A stretch of 64,000 nucleotides of DNA from an uncultured delta proteobacterium (GCA_963737905.1 CAVTUQ010000007.1:224001-288000); one strand, 5' to 3'; shown: positions 40,671 through 51,855, counted from the stretch's first letter. The notes: generated from the letters alone by a model not told the origin. A program made the numbers and translations.

Positions 40671-41711
40671 ATGCAACTACGATCCAAAATTCTTCAAATT
40701 GCTTTGCTTGGCTTTCTCTTGTCGGCCTTCGGGCTCGCTCAGGTCAATGCTCAAGAACCGAGTTTTGACGGCAAAACCGTTCGTATCGTTGTTGGTTTCT
40801 CGGCTGGAGGCGGGTTCGATGCCTACGCCCGCGCCATTGCACGCCACCTGGGAAAACATATTCCGGGAAAGCCTACGATCATTGTCGACAACATGCCCGG
40901 GGCGGGTAGTCTGATCGCCGCCAATTTCACCTACAACCAGGCAAAGCCAGATGGTCTGACGATCGGCCATTTCATCGGGGGCGTAGTCGTAGGCCAGTTG
41001 CTCGGCAATCCCGGCGCTCAGTTCGATTCACAGAAGTTTGAATGGATCGGTGCACCTAACAAACTGGCAGCGGTCTGCGCGTTGACCAAAGCCACCGGGG
41101 TTAACGACATCAAGAGTTGGATGGCGGCAAAAACTCCGGCGAAGCTCGGCGCCACCGGACCCGGCTCGGAAACTTACGATGTGCCGAGAGTCTTGCAGGC
41201 CGCGTTAGGCCTGCCGATGCAGATCGTGTCCGGGTACAAAGGCACAGCCGACATTCGCTTGGCCGCGGAAAGCGGCGAAGTAGGCGGCACCTGCTGGGGT
41301 TGGGAGGTTATGAAGGCGCAATGGGCGAAAGCACTAGAGGCCGGCGGCGTGCGTGTGGTGATCCAGGCCGTCCCCAAAGCTCAGCCTGATCTTGCTAAAG
41401 TGGCCGTGGCCATGGATTTGGCGAAGAGTGAGGAAGCGAAACAACTGATCCAGGTGGGTATTCACGATCAGAGCGCCATCCTCCGTCCGTTTGCGCTGCC
41501 GCCGACGACACCCAAAGATATCGTCAGGACTATACGCCGGGCGTTCCAAGAAACCATGAAAGACGCGCAGTTCCGCGGCGAAATGCAACAAGCGAATTTG
41601 ACTGTCGACCCAGTGAACGCCGCAGAGATCGAGAAAGTCGTCGCCAGCATGGCCAAGCTCGATCCGGCGCTCGCCGCCAAGCTGCGGGACATTCTGGGAA
41701 TCAAAAAGTGA
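40671..41711 (+). CDS. Tripartite tricarboxylate transporter substrate-binding protein (TctC/Bug)
   Basis: 'IVVGFSAGGGFDAYAR...NMPGAGS...KPDGLT'. Confidence 0.9.
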   Translation: MQLRSKILQIALLGFLLSAFGLAQVNAQEPSFDGKTVRIVVGFSAGGGFDAYARAIARHLGKHIPGKPTIIVDNMPGAGSLIAANFTYNQAKPDGLTIGHFIGGVVVGQLLGNPGAQFDSQKFEWIGAPNKLAAVCALTKATGVNDIKSWMAAKTPAKLGATGPGSETYDVPRVLQAALGLPMQIVSGYKGTADIRLAAESGEVGGTCWGWEVMKAQWAKALEAGGVRVVIQAVPKAQPDLAKVAVAMDLAKSEEAKQLIQVGIHDQSAILRPFALPPTTPKDIVRTIRRAFQETMKDAQFRGEMQQANLTVDPVNAAEIEKVVASMAKLDPALAAKLRDILGIKK

Positions 41712-43988
41712 AGGAAACATTTTTCATTGTGGGCAACCCGTCCGGCCGTCTCGATGGGGTGGAGAAGGTGACGGGACAAGCGAAGTATACGGGCGATATC
41801 GTGCTTTCCGGATTGCTCGAAGGCAAAGTTCTACGAAGTCCTTTTCCCCACGCTGCCATTGAATCCATCGATGCGAGCAAGGCTGAAGCATTGCCCGGAG
41901 TTGTTGCGGTCTTAACTCGCGACGATCTGAACGACATCAATCCTTACTATGGTCACTGCCTGCGCGATCGCCCTTTAATTGCCATCGATCGGGTTCGTTA
42001 TGTCGGCGAGCCGGTTGCTGTCGTAGCGGCGGAGAACTGCGATATTGCCAACGAAGCCTTATCTTTGATTGAAGTCCACTATGGGGAATTGTCCTGCCTG
42101 GCCACCGTAGAGGACGCGCTGGCGCCGGGCGCGGCCCTCCTGCACGAGAATGTCGCGGGAGTAGGTGAATTTCATGAGATGACAGGGGTCGGGAAGGACG
42201 ACAAATCCAACGTTTGCCATCACGAGCATTTCGAGAAAGGGGATGCGTCTAAGGGCTTCGCCGAAGCGGACGAGATCATCGACGAAACGTATGAGTTCCC
42301 GATGATCTATCACTACACGATGGAGCCCCATACGACGGTTGCCAGAGTGACACGTGAAGGCATCACGCTCTGGACCTCCTCGGCTCACCCATTTCTGGTG
42401 CGCGCCGAGCTTGCCTACATGTTCGGCTATGCCCACTCCAAAGTCGAAGTCATCGTGCCTTATGTCGGCGGTGCGTTCGGAGGGAAGTCCTATTTCAAAA
42501 TCGAGCCCATGGTCGTTGCCATGGCGAGGAAGACGGGCGGCCGGCCCGTGCGCGTAGCGCAAAGCGTTTCTGAATCGATGCTCACCATCCGCCGCCATTC
42601 GGCGAAATGCCGGATCAGGACCGGCGTGAAGCGCGACGGGACTCTGGTCGCCCGCGAAGCCGAAGTATTGATGGACACCGGAGCCTACGCCGACAACGGT
42701 CCTCGAGTGGCGAAACGGGCCGCCAGCCGGATTCACGGTCCCTACAAGATCAAGCACTGTAAAGTCGACGTCCTCGCGGTCTACACCAACACTGTGCCGG
42801 CCGGCTCCATGCGTTCCATCGGCGGTCCGCAAACGATCTGGGCTTTGGAATCTCACATGGACAGTATTGCGCGCCGTTTGGCAATCGATCCTTTGGAATT
42901 TCGCTTGAAGAATCTCCTCAAAGCAGGGGAAGAACTGAGAGCCGGCGCCCGACCTATCGACGCCGATCTGTCCATGGGCGCCAACATTGCAGCCGCTGGC
43001 ATCGGTTGGGGGAAGGTCAAAAAAACTCCCGGCCGAGGTCTCGGCATAGCCGTCGGTGTATCGGATTCCGAAGCGATGCCGGTATCGGTGGCATTGGTCC
43101 GTTTACTCGCCGACGGCAGCGTGATGGTCATGGCCGGCAGCACGGAAGTGGGCCAGGGGGCGCGAACCGTATTGAGCCAAATCGCCGCCGAAGAATTAGA
43201 CGTTCCAATGAAGCAAGTCACGATGCAGGGAACCGATACCCTGTTCACGCCATTCGACCGCTCTACGGGGGCGAGCCGCTCCACGACGGTGATGGGTAAC
43301 GCGGTGAAGGCCGCCGCCCAGGATTTACGCCAGCAGATTATCGGCGCCGCCGCGGAGGCTTTGAAAGTGAATGCGCAAGAGATCGACCTCAAGAATGGAG
43401 AAGTGATTTGCGGCGACCATCGTTTGTCTTACGGCAAAGTGGTGAGCCTATTTTTCGGCATGTCTGGAGGCGAGCTTATCGGCCGCGGTTACATCCGTCC
43501 CGGTGGTGGAATGGACACGAAACTGCCGATCTTTTGGGAGACTGGTATGGGGGGAGTCGATCTGGAAGTGGAAATGGAAACCGGCTCAATCAAACTCAAC
43601 AAGTTTGTCAGCGTCGCCGACGTGGGTAAAGCGATCAATCCGCGTCAATGCGAAGGGCAGGATGAAGGAGCGGCGATTCAGGGTTTGGGCCATACGCATG
43701 TTCGAATCTCTTGTGTTCGAAAATGGCCAGCCGTTGAATCCCAATCTGGTCGATTATCGCGTCCCATTCATGACCGACGTGCCGGCGGTTTTCGAGTCGG
43801 AATTGGTAGAAAACCGGGACGGCCCGGGACCCTACGGCGCAAAAGGCATGGGCGAATCCGGTATCGTTTCCATCGCGCCGGCGATCGCCAATGCCATCGT
43901 CGATGCCACCGGCGTTAGAATACGGCAACTGCCGTTGACTCCCGAGCGCGTCTGGCGCGCGCTGAGAGATGCGAAACGAGGACAGTAA
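41708..43988 (+). CDS. Xanthine dehydrogenase-family molybdopterin-binding subunit (frameshift ~43697)
   Basis: 'KVTGQAKY', 'VGGAFGGK', 'EVGQG', 'DVGKAINP', 'GAKGMGE'. Confidence 0.9.
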
Positions 43989-44158
43989 CAGAAATTTGTG
44001 ACGGTCCGCCGCACCAGAGAGAGCCCGATCGGCGTGAAAAATCACGCGATGACGATTTCGCATCTTGTCCAGGCAACGAGGTCTATGCACTGACCGCATT
44101 GATATTATGTGGGGTTGAGTAAAGCAGGGGGTAGCGAGCGTTTTGACGGAGGTTATTA

Positions 44159-45151
44159 ATGATGCAACGAAAGCTCTTTCTCGGTTACCTATGGGTGTCT
44201 TTGTTTCTCGTAAGAGAAATAGCCTTAGCTGAGGCTATCCGGGTCGGTATTCCGGGGCTCAGCGCTGAATTCGCGCCGGTGTGGGCCGCTAAAGATAAGG
44301 GATTGCTGAAAAAATATAACTTGGACATGGAAATCATCGCCATGCAGGGTGGCACGCAACTGGTTCAGGCGATGATCGGCGGGAGCATCGACTTTGCGGT
44401 GATGGGCGGGGCTTATCTCACCGGCGCAGTGAAGGGCGCCGATCTCGTCATGGTCGCCACACATATGGACAAGTTTCCTTATTCGTTGATCGTCAAGCCG
44501 TCAATCAAACGCGCTGAAGACCTGAAGGGAACAAAACTTGCTATCAGCCGTTTTGGCTCCAGCAGCGATGCCGGGCTGCGAGTTTCACTGCAGCGCTCAG
44601 GAATTAATCCAGACAAGGATGTGACGATTCTCCAGATCGGCGGCCAAACGGAACGCTATGCGGCTTTGAAAGCTGACGTGGTGGATGGTACGGTTGTGAT
44701 ACCGCCGCTGAGCGGCGCAGCCCAGCGGGCAGGGTTCAATAAGCTCTTCAATATGACCAAGCTGGGCATTCCTTATCCACAGGAGGGAGTCGTCGCCAGC
44801 CGGCAATACATCGCGAAGCGGCGCGATACGTTGCTGCGATTTCTCAAGGGATTTATCGAAGCAGTGCGCGATATCAAGACCGATAAGGAATTGGCGATCG
44901 CAGTTTTAGCGAAGCATCTGCGGATGGATCCAAAGAAAGATCGAGAGGCATTGGAAGACAGTTTTCAGGAAGTCGTGATCGAGCAAATGCTGAAGATTCC
45001 TAATCCAAATCTCGAAGCGGTGAAGATGGGTATCGAGCTGCTGGGAAAGGAACGGCCGGCTAAGGTATCCGGAGACCCTAAGGATTATGTCGATATGAGA
45101 CTCATGGCGGAGCTGGAAAAGTCCGGGTTTATTCGGAGCGTGTATAAGTAA
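44159..45151 (+). CDS. ABC substrate-binding protein (SsuA/NMT1-like)
   Basis: 'DLKGTKLAISRFGSSSD', 'DVTILQIGG'. Confidence 0.85.
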   Translation: MMQRKLFLGYLWVSLFLVREIALAEAIRVGIPGLSAEFAPVWAAKDKGLLKKYNLDMEIIAMQGGTQLVQAMIGGSIDFAVMGGAYLTGAVKGADLVMVATHMDKFPYSLIVKPSIKRAEDLKGTKLAISRFGSSSDAGLRVSLQRSGINPDKDVTILQIGGQTERYAALKADVVDGTVVIPPLSGAAQRAGFNKLFNMTKLGIPYPQEGVVASRQYIAKRRDTLLRFLKGFIEAVRDIKTDKELAIAVLAKHLRMDPKKDREALEDSFQEVVIEQMLKIPNPNLEAVKMGIELLGKERPAKVSGDPKDYVDMRLMAELEKSGFIRSVYK

Positions 45152-45170
45152 CGCCAGAAAAGGATCGCCC

Positions 45171-46178
45171 ATGAAAATCGGCGTTCAACTCAATCCTCAG
45201 GTTTCTATTGATAAATCCCCTGAATCGCTTATGCCCACGCTCATCGAGCAAGTGCGGGTGGCGGACCAAAGCGGGTTTCACGCCTTCTCCATGGGCGAGC
45301 ACTACAATATCCCCGGCTTGCAGCGCGTGCACCAAATCCCGGCTCTGGCTCGCCTCTGCGCTGAGGTAAAACATTGCGAGGTAGGTACCGCGGTCATGCT
45401 CCTCGGCTTGCGTCATCCCGTGACAGTCGCGAATGAACTTGCCACTTTGGATGTGATCAACGGCGGCCGATCTTTCGCCGCCTTCGGCCTCGGCTACCGC
45501 GACGACGAGCTCAACGCGTTTCACCTGACGAAGGCGCAACGATTTCAACGCTTCGTCGAAGGGATTGAGATCATCAAGAGACTCTGGACCGAAGATCACG
45601 TGAGTTTCCAAGGAAAATCATTTCAAGTCAAAGACGTCACGGTTGATCCCAAGCCGCTGCAGAAGCCGCGGCCACCGATCTGGATCGCTGCCAATTCCGA
45701 CGCCGCAGTGGAACGGGCCGCAAGAATAGGGGATGACTGGATCATCGGGCCCCATTCGGCCATCGAAGAATTGGAACGGCAGGTGAACCTATTCCGAAAA
45801 ACCTGGGTTACCGCGGGAAAGAACGGCGCGCCAAGCTTGCCGATCATTCGTGAAACCTTCGTCGCGAAAACCCGCCAGGAAGCGGTGGAAAAGGCGCGGC
45901 CCTGCTTGGAGCAGTTATACCGTTCCATTTACATCAAGTGGAAGCAGAACGAGGCGATGAGCGATCCTAGCGAATTAAGCTGGGCTTTCGACCGGCTGGC
46001 CAAGAACCGCTTTATTCTCGGTTCTCCGGAAGAATGCATCGACCAAATCGCAGAGTACAGGGAGCGGCTTGGGGTCGCCTACATGCTGCCCCGTTTTGAC
46101 TGGACCCCGGGGCTTGGACAACAGGATATTCTCGCATCGATGCGTCTGTTCGGTGAAAAAGTGATCCAAAAGCTTTGA
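45171..46178 (+). CDS. LLM-class flavin-dependent oxidoreductase
   Basis: 'GEHY', 'HPVTVANELATLD', 'PKPLQKPRPPIWIA'. Confidence 0.9.
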   Translation: MKIGVQLNPQVSIDKSPESLMPTLIEQVRVADQSGFHAFSMGEHYNIPGLQRVHQIPALARLCAEVKHCEVGTAVMLLGLRHPVTVANELATLDVINGGRSFAAFGLGYRDDELNAFHLTKAQRFQRFVEGIEIIKRLWTEDHVSFQGKSFQVKDVTVDPKPLQKPRPPIWIAANSDAAVERAARIGDDWIIGPHSAIEELERQVNLFRKTWVTAGKNGAPSLPIIRETFVAKTRQEAVEKARPCLEQLYRSIYIKWKQNEAMSDPSELSWAFDRLAKNRFILGSPEECIDQIAEYRERLGVAYMLPRFDWTPGLGQQDILASMRLFGEKVIQKL

Positions 46179-46237
46179 TTTGAGCCGGTAGATTTCTCCC
46201 AGTTAAGGGAGACACAGAGAGGTCAAGACACCTCTTC

Positions 46238-46277
46238 AACGTTTGGAACGTTTTGAACGTCTGGAACGTTTGGAACT
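46238..46277 (+). repeat. 9-bp tandem repeat (AACGTYTKG)
   Basis: aacgtttgg aacgttttg aacgtctgg aacgtttgg aact. Confidence 0.85.
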
Positions 46278-46417
46278 CTGCAGCCGATTCAGGCTGCAGG
46301 TAGTTTCGCTTGCTTTATCCAACTCGATTGCATATCAGAATATCCGGGGTTTACACTATCTTCGTCGGTCGCCGAAAGCCAAGTTAAAGTCGCAACCAAA
46401 AACCTAGGGGGGTGCTC

Positions 46418-47376
46418 ATGAAAAAAGGGAAAGTCGCCCTGACACTGATCGCGTCGGTACTCTGGTTCGTAGGTTTTTTCGTTTCGCCAAGTCACGGTAA
46501 GATCATCGTCGGGCTGTCTTCGGTGAATGTCGCGTTCTTGCCGGTCTACGTTACTGAGGAGAAGGGTTTCTTCAAGGACGAGGGGTTGGACGTTCTTTTG
46601 GTGTTGTTCAACGCCGGCGCGACAAATGTTCAGGCGCTGGTGGGCGGTGACATCCAGATCATGGGGAGCGCCTTCGTGGAAACTATCGGGGGGCGCGGCG
46701 CAGGGTTCGACATTAAAAATTTTTGGGGTATTTGCAACATTATGCCTTTTCAGCTATACTCCCAGCCCGATTTCAAGTCGATGAAGCAAGCCAAAGGCAA
46801 ACGTTTCGCCATCAGCCGCTTCGGATCGCTCACCGACTTTCTGACCCGTGCGACGTTGCGCCATTTCGGGATGGACCCAAAGACGTAACGATTCTTCAAA
46901 TCGGCAGCACGCCGGCGCGTTTTGCCGCCTTGACCGCAAAAGGGGTGGATGCATCGATGGTTTGGTTCCCGGTGACCGAGATCGCCAAAGCCAGGGCTAT
47001 AACAAGTTGCTCGATCTCAAGGAAGTCTTCCCGGAATGGCCCTACGAGACTTTTGCGGCGAAGGAATCTTATCTTAGCAAGGAAAAGGAGCAGGTCACAA
47101 AATTTCTTCGCGCGTATCAAAGAGGCGTGAGATATACCCATGGAGAATAAGGACGATTCGGTGAGGATCTTGAGAAAATACGTCAAGATAGATCCGGCGT
47201 ACGCTCCCGCCGGCTACGACGAATACCGCGATTCGTTCCCGGTCAACGGTCAAATCGCCGAAAAGGTAATCCCGACCGTCATCGAACAGGAGTTCGAGGC
47301 CGGTAGGCTGAAGAAAAAATTGACCGTAGAAGACATGATCGACCGCTCGTTTATTTCATCGATGGGCAAAAAGTGA
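46418..47376 (+). CDS. ABC substrate-binding protein (NMT1-like), frameshifted
   Basis: 'EKGFFKDEGLDV', 'AISRFGSLTD', continued in ORFs 46723-47130, 46848-47150, 47140-47376. Confidence 0.8.
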
Positions 47377-47459
47377 AGGTATAGGTTTATTAGAGGGTAT
47401 CTAAAAAACTAAATTCGCAGGCTGTTCAAAGAGGTTCAGATGCGAGGAGCGTGCTTTAC

Positions 47460-47493
47460 TTGAACGTTTGGAACGTCTTGAACGATTTGAACC
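47460..47493 (+). repeat. 9-bp tandem repeat, same family as 46238 and 1245
   Basis: ttg aacgtttgg aacgtcttg aacgatttg aacc. Confidence 0.85.
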
Positions 47494-47512
47494 ACTTACT
47501 CGTGGAGGACAT

Positions 47513-48607
47513 ATGATCATAGATCTCGATTCTCATTTGCGTGAGGGCTACTTCATGGACGAAGTCTACAATCTGCCAGAGCCTTATGCTCGATTCACGC
47601 CGCAGCGAATGGGCGATGGCAGAAATCACAATACCAAGTGGGTTCATTCCTTGGATCCGGGCGATCCGCAGGGTCGCGCGGCGCACCGCCATCCTTATAT
47701 TTACGATCCCAAGGTCAACTGGCGTAACGGCGAGATCGCCGAGCGGCAGGTTGCCGGATACGACATGGAGCGGCGACTGAAAGATATCAAGAAAGAGGGG
47801 ATCGATAAACAAATCATTTTCCCGACGGGCATCAACGTCGCCACTGAAAATATCGGCGGCTTAGGACTCGCCTGCGCGCAGGCGTATAACAACTGGGTCG
47901 CGAAGCTAGTGAAAGGACACGAAGACGTGTTGCTCCCCGCTGCAATGATGCCTGCCGGCTGTCCGGAAGCGATGGCGGGTGAGTTACATCGTTGCGTCAA
48001 AGAACTGGGATTCAAAGCCAGCCATCTGGTGCCCTATATCGGCAACCGCAATGTCGACCACCCAACGTTCTATCCTTACTATCAGGCCGCGGAAGAGCTC
48101 GGCGTGCCACTGTTCTGTCATCCGAACAGCAACGGCGAGTTGACCGATCGGTTCGATAACTTCTTCAAGACCCACGTGCTCGGGCGGGTTCTGAACTGCA
48201 CACCCGCTCTGGTCGCCCTGGTGCTCGGCGGGGTATTCGAAAAATTTCCCAAGCTGAAAGTCGCCTTCTTTGAATGCAGCGCGGAGTGGCCGCTCTACTG
48301 GATGCATCGCATGGACGACGATTGGGAATGGGCGAAAGACTTCCCGCAGATCTCCGGTGGATTGAAGATGGCTCCTTCAGAATACGTCAAGCACAACTGC
48401 TATGTCACCTGCGAAGCCGACGAAGGCGACATGACGCAATCGCTAAAGGAAGTCGGCGAAGATCACATCTTGATGGCCACCGACTACCCGCATTTCGATT
48501 CCGAATACCCGTACACGGTTTCGAGTATTCGAGAAAGAAAGGATCTGACGCCCAAGCAGAAAGATAAGATCCTCGGAGAAAACGCCGCGAGACTGCTGAA
48601 CCTTTAG
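47513..48607 (+). CDS. Amidohydrolase_2 family protein
   Basis: 'IDLDSH', 'PLFCHP', 'GVFEKFPKLKVAFFE', 'ATDYPH'. Confidence 0.9.
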   Translation: MIIDLDSHLREGYFMDEVYNLPEPYARFTPQRMGDGRNHNTKWVHSLDPGDPQGRAAHRHPYIYDPKVNWRNGEIAERQVAGYDMERRLKDIKKEGIDKQIIFPTGINVATENIGGLGLACAQAYNNWVAKLVKGHEDVLLPAAMMPAGCPEAMAGELHRCVKELGFKASHLVPYIGNRNVDHPTFYPYYQAAEELGVPLFCHPNSNGELTDRFDNFFKTHVLGRVLNCTPALVALVLGGVFEKFPKLKVAFFECSAEWPLYWMHRMDDDWEWAKDFPQISGGLKMAPSEYVKHNCYVTCEADEGDMTQSLKEVGEDHILMATDYPHFDSEYPYTVSSIRERKDLTPKQKDKILGENAARLLNL

Positions 48608-49459
48608 GTGGTTAATAACCCCTCGGACGCGTCTTCGTCAGCATACAACAATTTTAATGCCGACCTCACCGGGCCGTTGATAGCCAGTTTCGTCTCAACA
48701 TTCTTAGTGTTCAATCTGTTGACTGTTGCGGCATGTTTTTCTTGGTACGATAAAGGCCATCGGATCGTAGGTTTGATCGCCGAGGCCAATCTCACCGCCG
48801 AAGCACGCAAGAAAATTAACGAGATCCTTCCCGTGAACACGACCTTGGCGGACGCGGCGGTTTGGCCGGATCATGAGGGGCGAAGCGTTCGGGATTTCGA
48901 TCCTCTCCATTACGTCAGTATTCCGGAAAGCGCGGAAGGTTACGATCAGGGACGCGACTGTCCGGAGGGAAACTGTATGGTTGAAGCGCTCAAATGGTTT
49001 TTAGCGGTCATTGCAGATAAAAACGCGCCGATTATGGTGCGGCGAGTCGCGCTTTATTACGTCGCACACCTGGTGGGCGACATGCACCAGCCGCTCCATG
49101 CCGGTCGAGCAGGGGATCGAGGCGGCGTCGATACTGCCGTGTCCTACAGAGGCGCGACAACGAATCTTCACTTCTTTTGGGATACAAACCTGGTAGAGCT
49201 GGAAACCGGTACCGATGAGGAGATCGCCAAGCGGTTTACTGCAAATCTCACGCAAGAAGAGCGTCTAAAATGGCAGGCCGGGGATCCGACACAGTGGACG
49301 AATGAATCGTTAATGTTGGTCAGGTCGGATGCGTACAATACGGGACCTCCGGTCGAGCTTTCCGATGATTATGTGGAAAAAGCCCGCCCGATCGTGCGAA
49401 TGAGGCTCGCTCAGGCCGGACTCAGGTTAGCCTGGTTGCTGAATAGCGAGTTGAAGTAA
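48608..49459 (+). CDS. S1/P1 nuclease
   Basis: 'W..KGHRIV', 'AVWPD', 'LHYV', 'HLVGDMHQPLH', 'NLHFFWD', 'AGLRLAWLLN'; start uncertain. Confidence 0.88.
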   Translation: MVNNPSDASSSAYNNFNADLTGPLIASFVSTFLVFNLLTVAACFSWYDKGHRIVGLIAEANLTAEARKKINEILPVNTTLADAAVWPDHEGRSVRDFDPLHYVSIPESAEGYDQGRDCPEGNCMVEALKWFLAVIADKNAPIMVRRVALYYVAHLVGDMHQPLHAGRAGDRGGVDTAVSYRGATTNLHFFWDTNLVELETGTDEEIAKRFTANLTQEERLKWQAGDPTQWTNESLMLVRSDAYNTGPPVELSDDYVEKARPIVRMRLAQAGLRLAWLLNSELK

Positions 49460-49580
49460 GAAGAAATAATCGGCCGAATCTTTAAATCCACTCGTTGTAA
49501 AAGACAGATAATCGACTACTCTTAAATAAGACGAGTTTGGGGTGGATGAAGGCTCGAGAAAGGCCCGATCGTTTCAGGCC

Positions 49581-50321
49581 ATGACGTTTTGTCTAGGAAT
49601 CAAAGTAGAGCAAGGGCTGGTAGCGCTAGCCGATACGCAGATTGTTAAAGGCAGCGAGCGGCTAAGCAAAGGGAAATTCACGCTGCTCCGGCACGGCGAT
49701 CAGCGGCTCTTTATTATGACGTCGGGCTTGCGTTCGGTGCGGGACAAAACCGTTATCTATCTCGAAGAGAAGCTGGCGGAGGACGCGGCGGATTTCGAAC
49801 GCCTCTATCAGGTGGCGCAATCGTTAGGCGATCAGTTGCGAAGGGTTCGTATGGAAGACGGTGCCGCGCTTTCTCAAGGAGGATTGAGTTTTAATCTCCA
49901 CGCCATAATCGGCGGGCAACTCGACGATGATCTGTCTCCTTCATTGTTTTTAGTTTATCCAGAAGGCAATTGGATCGAAGCAAGCTCGGACTCGCCCTAT
50001 TTTATTATCGGTCGCACCCTGTATGGAAAGCCGATTTTGGATCGGTTGTTGGGTTTCCAAACCCCCCTTCCTCAGGCACTGGGCCTCGCTTATCTCGCAT
50101 TCGACGCCACCCGGACAAGCGTAGTCGATGTCGCCTTCCCCATCGACGTCATTGTCTTCGATCCAGTAACACGATCTCTTCATCAAGAACGCTTCGATGC
50201 TGCCGCCCTGGCGAGCGCAGCGGAATGGTGGCAGCAGACGCTGCAGACCGCATTGGGACAATTTCCTATGAACTGGGCAAATTCACTTTTGTCAAATCTT
50301 TCATCGACCAAAGCAGATTGA
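49581..50321 (+). CDS. Proteasome-type Ntn protease (Anbu-like)
   Basis: N-term 'MTFCLGIKVEQGLVALADT', 'IIGGQ', 'LVYPEGNWI', 'YGKPILDR'. Confidence 0.85.
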   Translation: MTFCLGIKVEQGLVALADTQIVKGSERLSKGKFTLLRHGDQRLFIMTSGLRSVRDKTVIYLEEKLAEDAADFERLYQVAQSLGDQLRRVRMEDGAALSQGGLSFNLHAIIGGQLDDDLSPSLFLVYPEGNWIEASSDSPYFIIGRTLYGKPILDRLLGFQTPLPQALGLAYLAFDATRTSVVDVAFPIDVIVFDPVTRSLHQERFDAAALASAAEWWQQTLQTALGQFPMNWANSLLSNLSSTKAD

Positions 50322-50330
50322 GGTACGATC

Positions 50331-51167
50331 ATGTCATTGATTAAAGTGAGTTGCGAGCTGAGCTACCAAGTCACAGCCCCCACCAGCTTTTTGTTTCATC
50401 TCTCGGCGGCGAATACGACACACCAGAAGGTTCAGGGGGAAGATTTGCGGATCGAGCCGGCGAAGCACTACGACATCTGCTACCTTGGCGCCGAAGACAA
50501 TCGTGTGTTTCGGTTCCAGGCCGAGCCGGGGGAGCTCAGCTTGAACTATCAAGCCGGCGTAACACTTAACCCTGAAATCGATAGCCCTCCCCAGATTCCC
50601 GAAGCCGAACATCCTGAGTTGCCCGAGGAAGTGCTGCCCTATCTCAATCCCAGCCGCTATTGCGAATCGGATCGGTTGGGCAACTTTGCAATAGCGGAGT
50701 TTGGCCGCTTGGAGCGCGGATATCTACGGGTAGACGCTATTCGCGACTGGACGCATGAACATCTGCGATACCAGTCCGGCAGCACCAGTAGTTCCACCAC
50801 AGCCTGTGACGTGCTGATCCAGCGGACCGGCGTCTGCCGGGACTACGCTCATCTTGCGATCGCGCTGTGCCGAGCGCTCTGCATCCCGGCGCGTTATGTT
50901 TCCGGCTACGCGGTGGCACTGGAACCCCCCGACTTTCATGGCTTCTTTGAGGCCTATCTGCGCGATCATTGGTATCTGTTCGATGCCACGAGGCTGGCAC
51001 CGGTCGAAGGGCTGGTGCGAATCGGCATGGGCCGCGACGCCGCCGATGTGCCGTTTGCCACGCTGATCGGAGCGGCAATTCTAAAAAAGAAAGCCGTAAC
51101 GGCTCAGGAATTGACCGATGAAATCCCCCAGGTCCCAGCAGAGGAGCCGGCAATCTCCACAGCGTGA
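50331..51167 (+). CDS. Transglutaminase-like protein
   Basis: 'YLNPSRYCESD', 'GVCRDYAHL', 'DFHGFFE', 'FDAT' Cys-His-Asp triad. Confidence 0.9.
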   Translation: MSLIKVSCELSYQVTAPTSFLFHLSAANTTHQKVQGEDLRIEPAKHYDICYLGAEDNRVFRFQAEPGELSLNYQAGVTLNPEIDSPPQIPEAEHPELPEEVLPYLNPSRYCESDRLGNFAIAEFGRLERGYLRVDAIRDWTHEHLRYQSGSTSSSTTACDVLIQRTGVCRDYAHLAIALCRALCIPARYVSGYAVALEPPDFHGFFEAYLRDHWYLFDATRLAPVEGLVRIGMGRDAADVPFATLIGAAILKKKAVTAQELTDEIPQVPAEEPAISTA

Positions 51168-51219
51168 GCCGGCGGAAGGCACGAAAACCCGAAGTGCAAA
51201 AACGTTGATCCGTGCGCGA

Positions 51220-51855
51220 TTAATTTGAATCCATCGTGACCACGACCTGCCTCCCCTGAACATTATAATGGATCTTCAAAAGCTGCTTGTTCTGGTCAAA
51301 CCAGATCGAAGCCTGCCACTCGCCGGAGAAATCAAACCTGCTCGCGGGAATCGATTGTCCACTTGAGGCGACGACCGGATCCTCGCTTTTGGCAACCTTG
51401 ACCTTCATCAACCGAAGATCCTTCAAGTCAAAGAGCAACGAGTTCTGAGTAATGGCATAGTGCCAGACGGAAGTAGGAAAGGCATGGTGCGGCAAAGTCA
51501 AAGTCTTGCCGTTTAGCACGCCATCGTATTCCGTCGGATTTCTTTGCAGCGACGAGTTAAATATTGTGTTGTGATCGTCCGTGTTTCCCTGCAGGTTTTG
51601 TAGTTCACCGCTTTTCCAGACTTCGTGCAGATCCTGAGTAAAATAGTACACTTGAAAGCCGAGGATGGATAGCGAGCTGCGCGTCTTGAGCTCCTCCACC
51701 ATCCCCTGGTCATTGGTTCGAACCGTGTATTGAACCTGGCCGATTTTCTTGCCATCCAGAAAGATCGAAGCAAAGTGATTTTGATCCGCCGCGCGCGCGC
51801 CGTGCGCCATGAAGAGCACCGCTAACACAATCCCCGGTTGTACCAATCGCCGCAT
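51220..51855 (-). CDS. Secreted DUF6134-like protein
   Basis: Signal peptide; 'LDGKKIG...E.W..G.L', 'PTSVWH', 'IWFD'. Confidence 0.55.
   Translation of the reverse strand: MRRLVQPGIVLAVLFMAHGARAADQNHFASIFLDGKKIGQVQYTVRTNDQGMVEELKTRSSLSILGFQVYYFTQDLHEVWKSGELQNLQGNTDDHNTIFNSSLQRNPTEYDGVLNGKTLTLPHHAFPTSVWHYAITQNSLLFDLKDLRLMKVKVAKSEDPVVASSGQSIPASRFDFSGEWQASIWFDQNKQLLKIHYNVQGRQVVVTMDSN

Noticed and set aside
46238-47493. CRISPR array
   Set aside because: Units are 9 bp and contiguous, with no spacers and no cas genes
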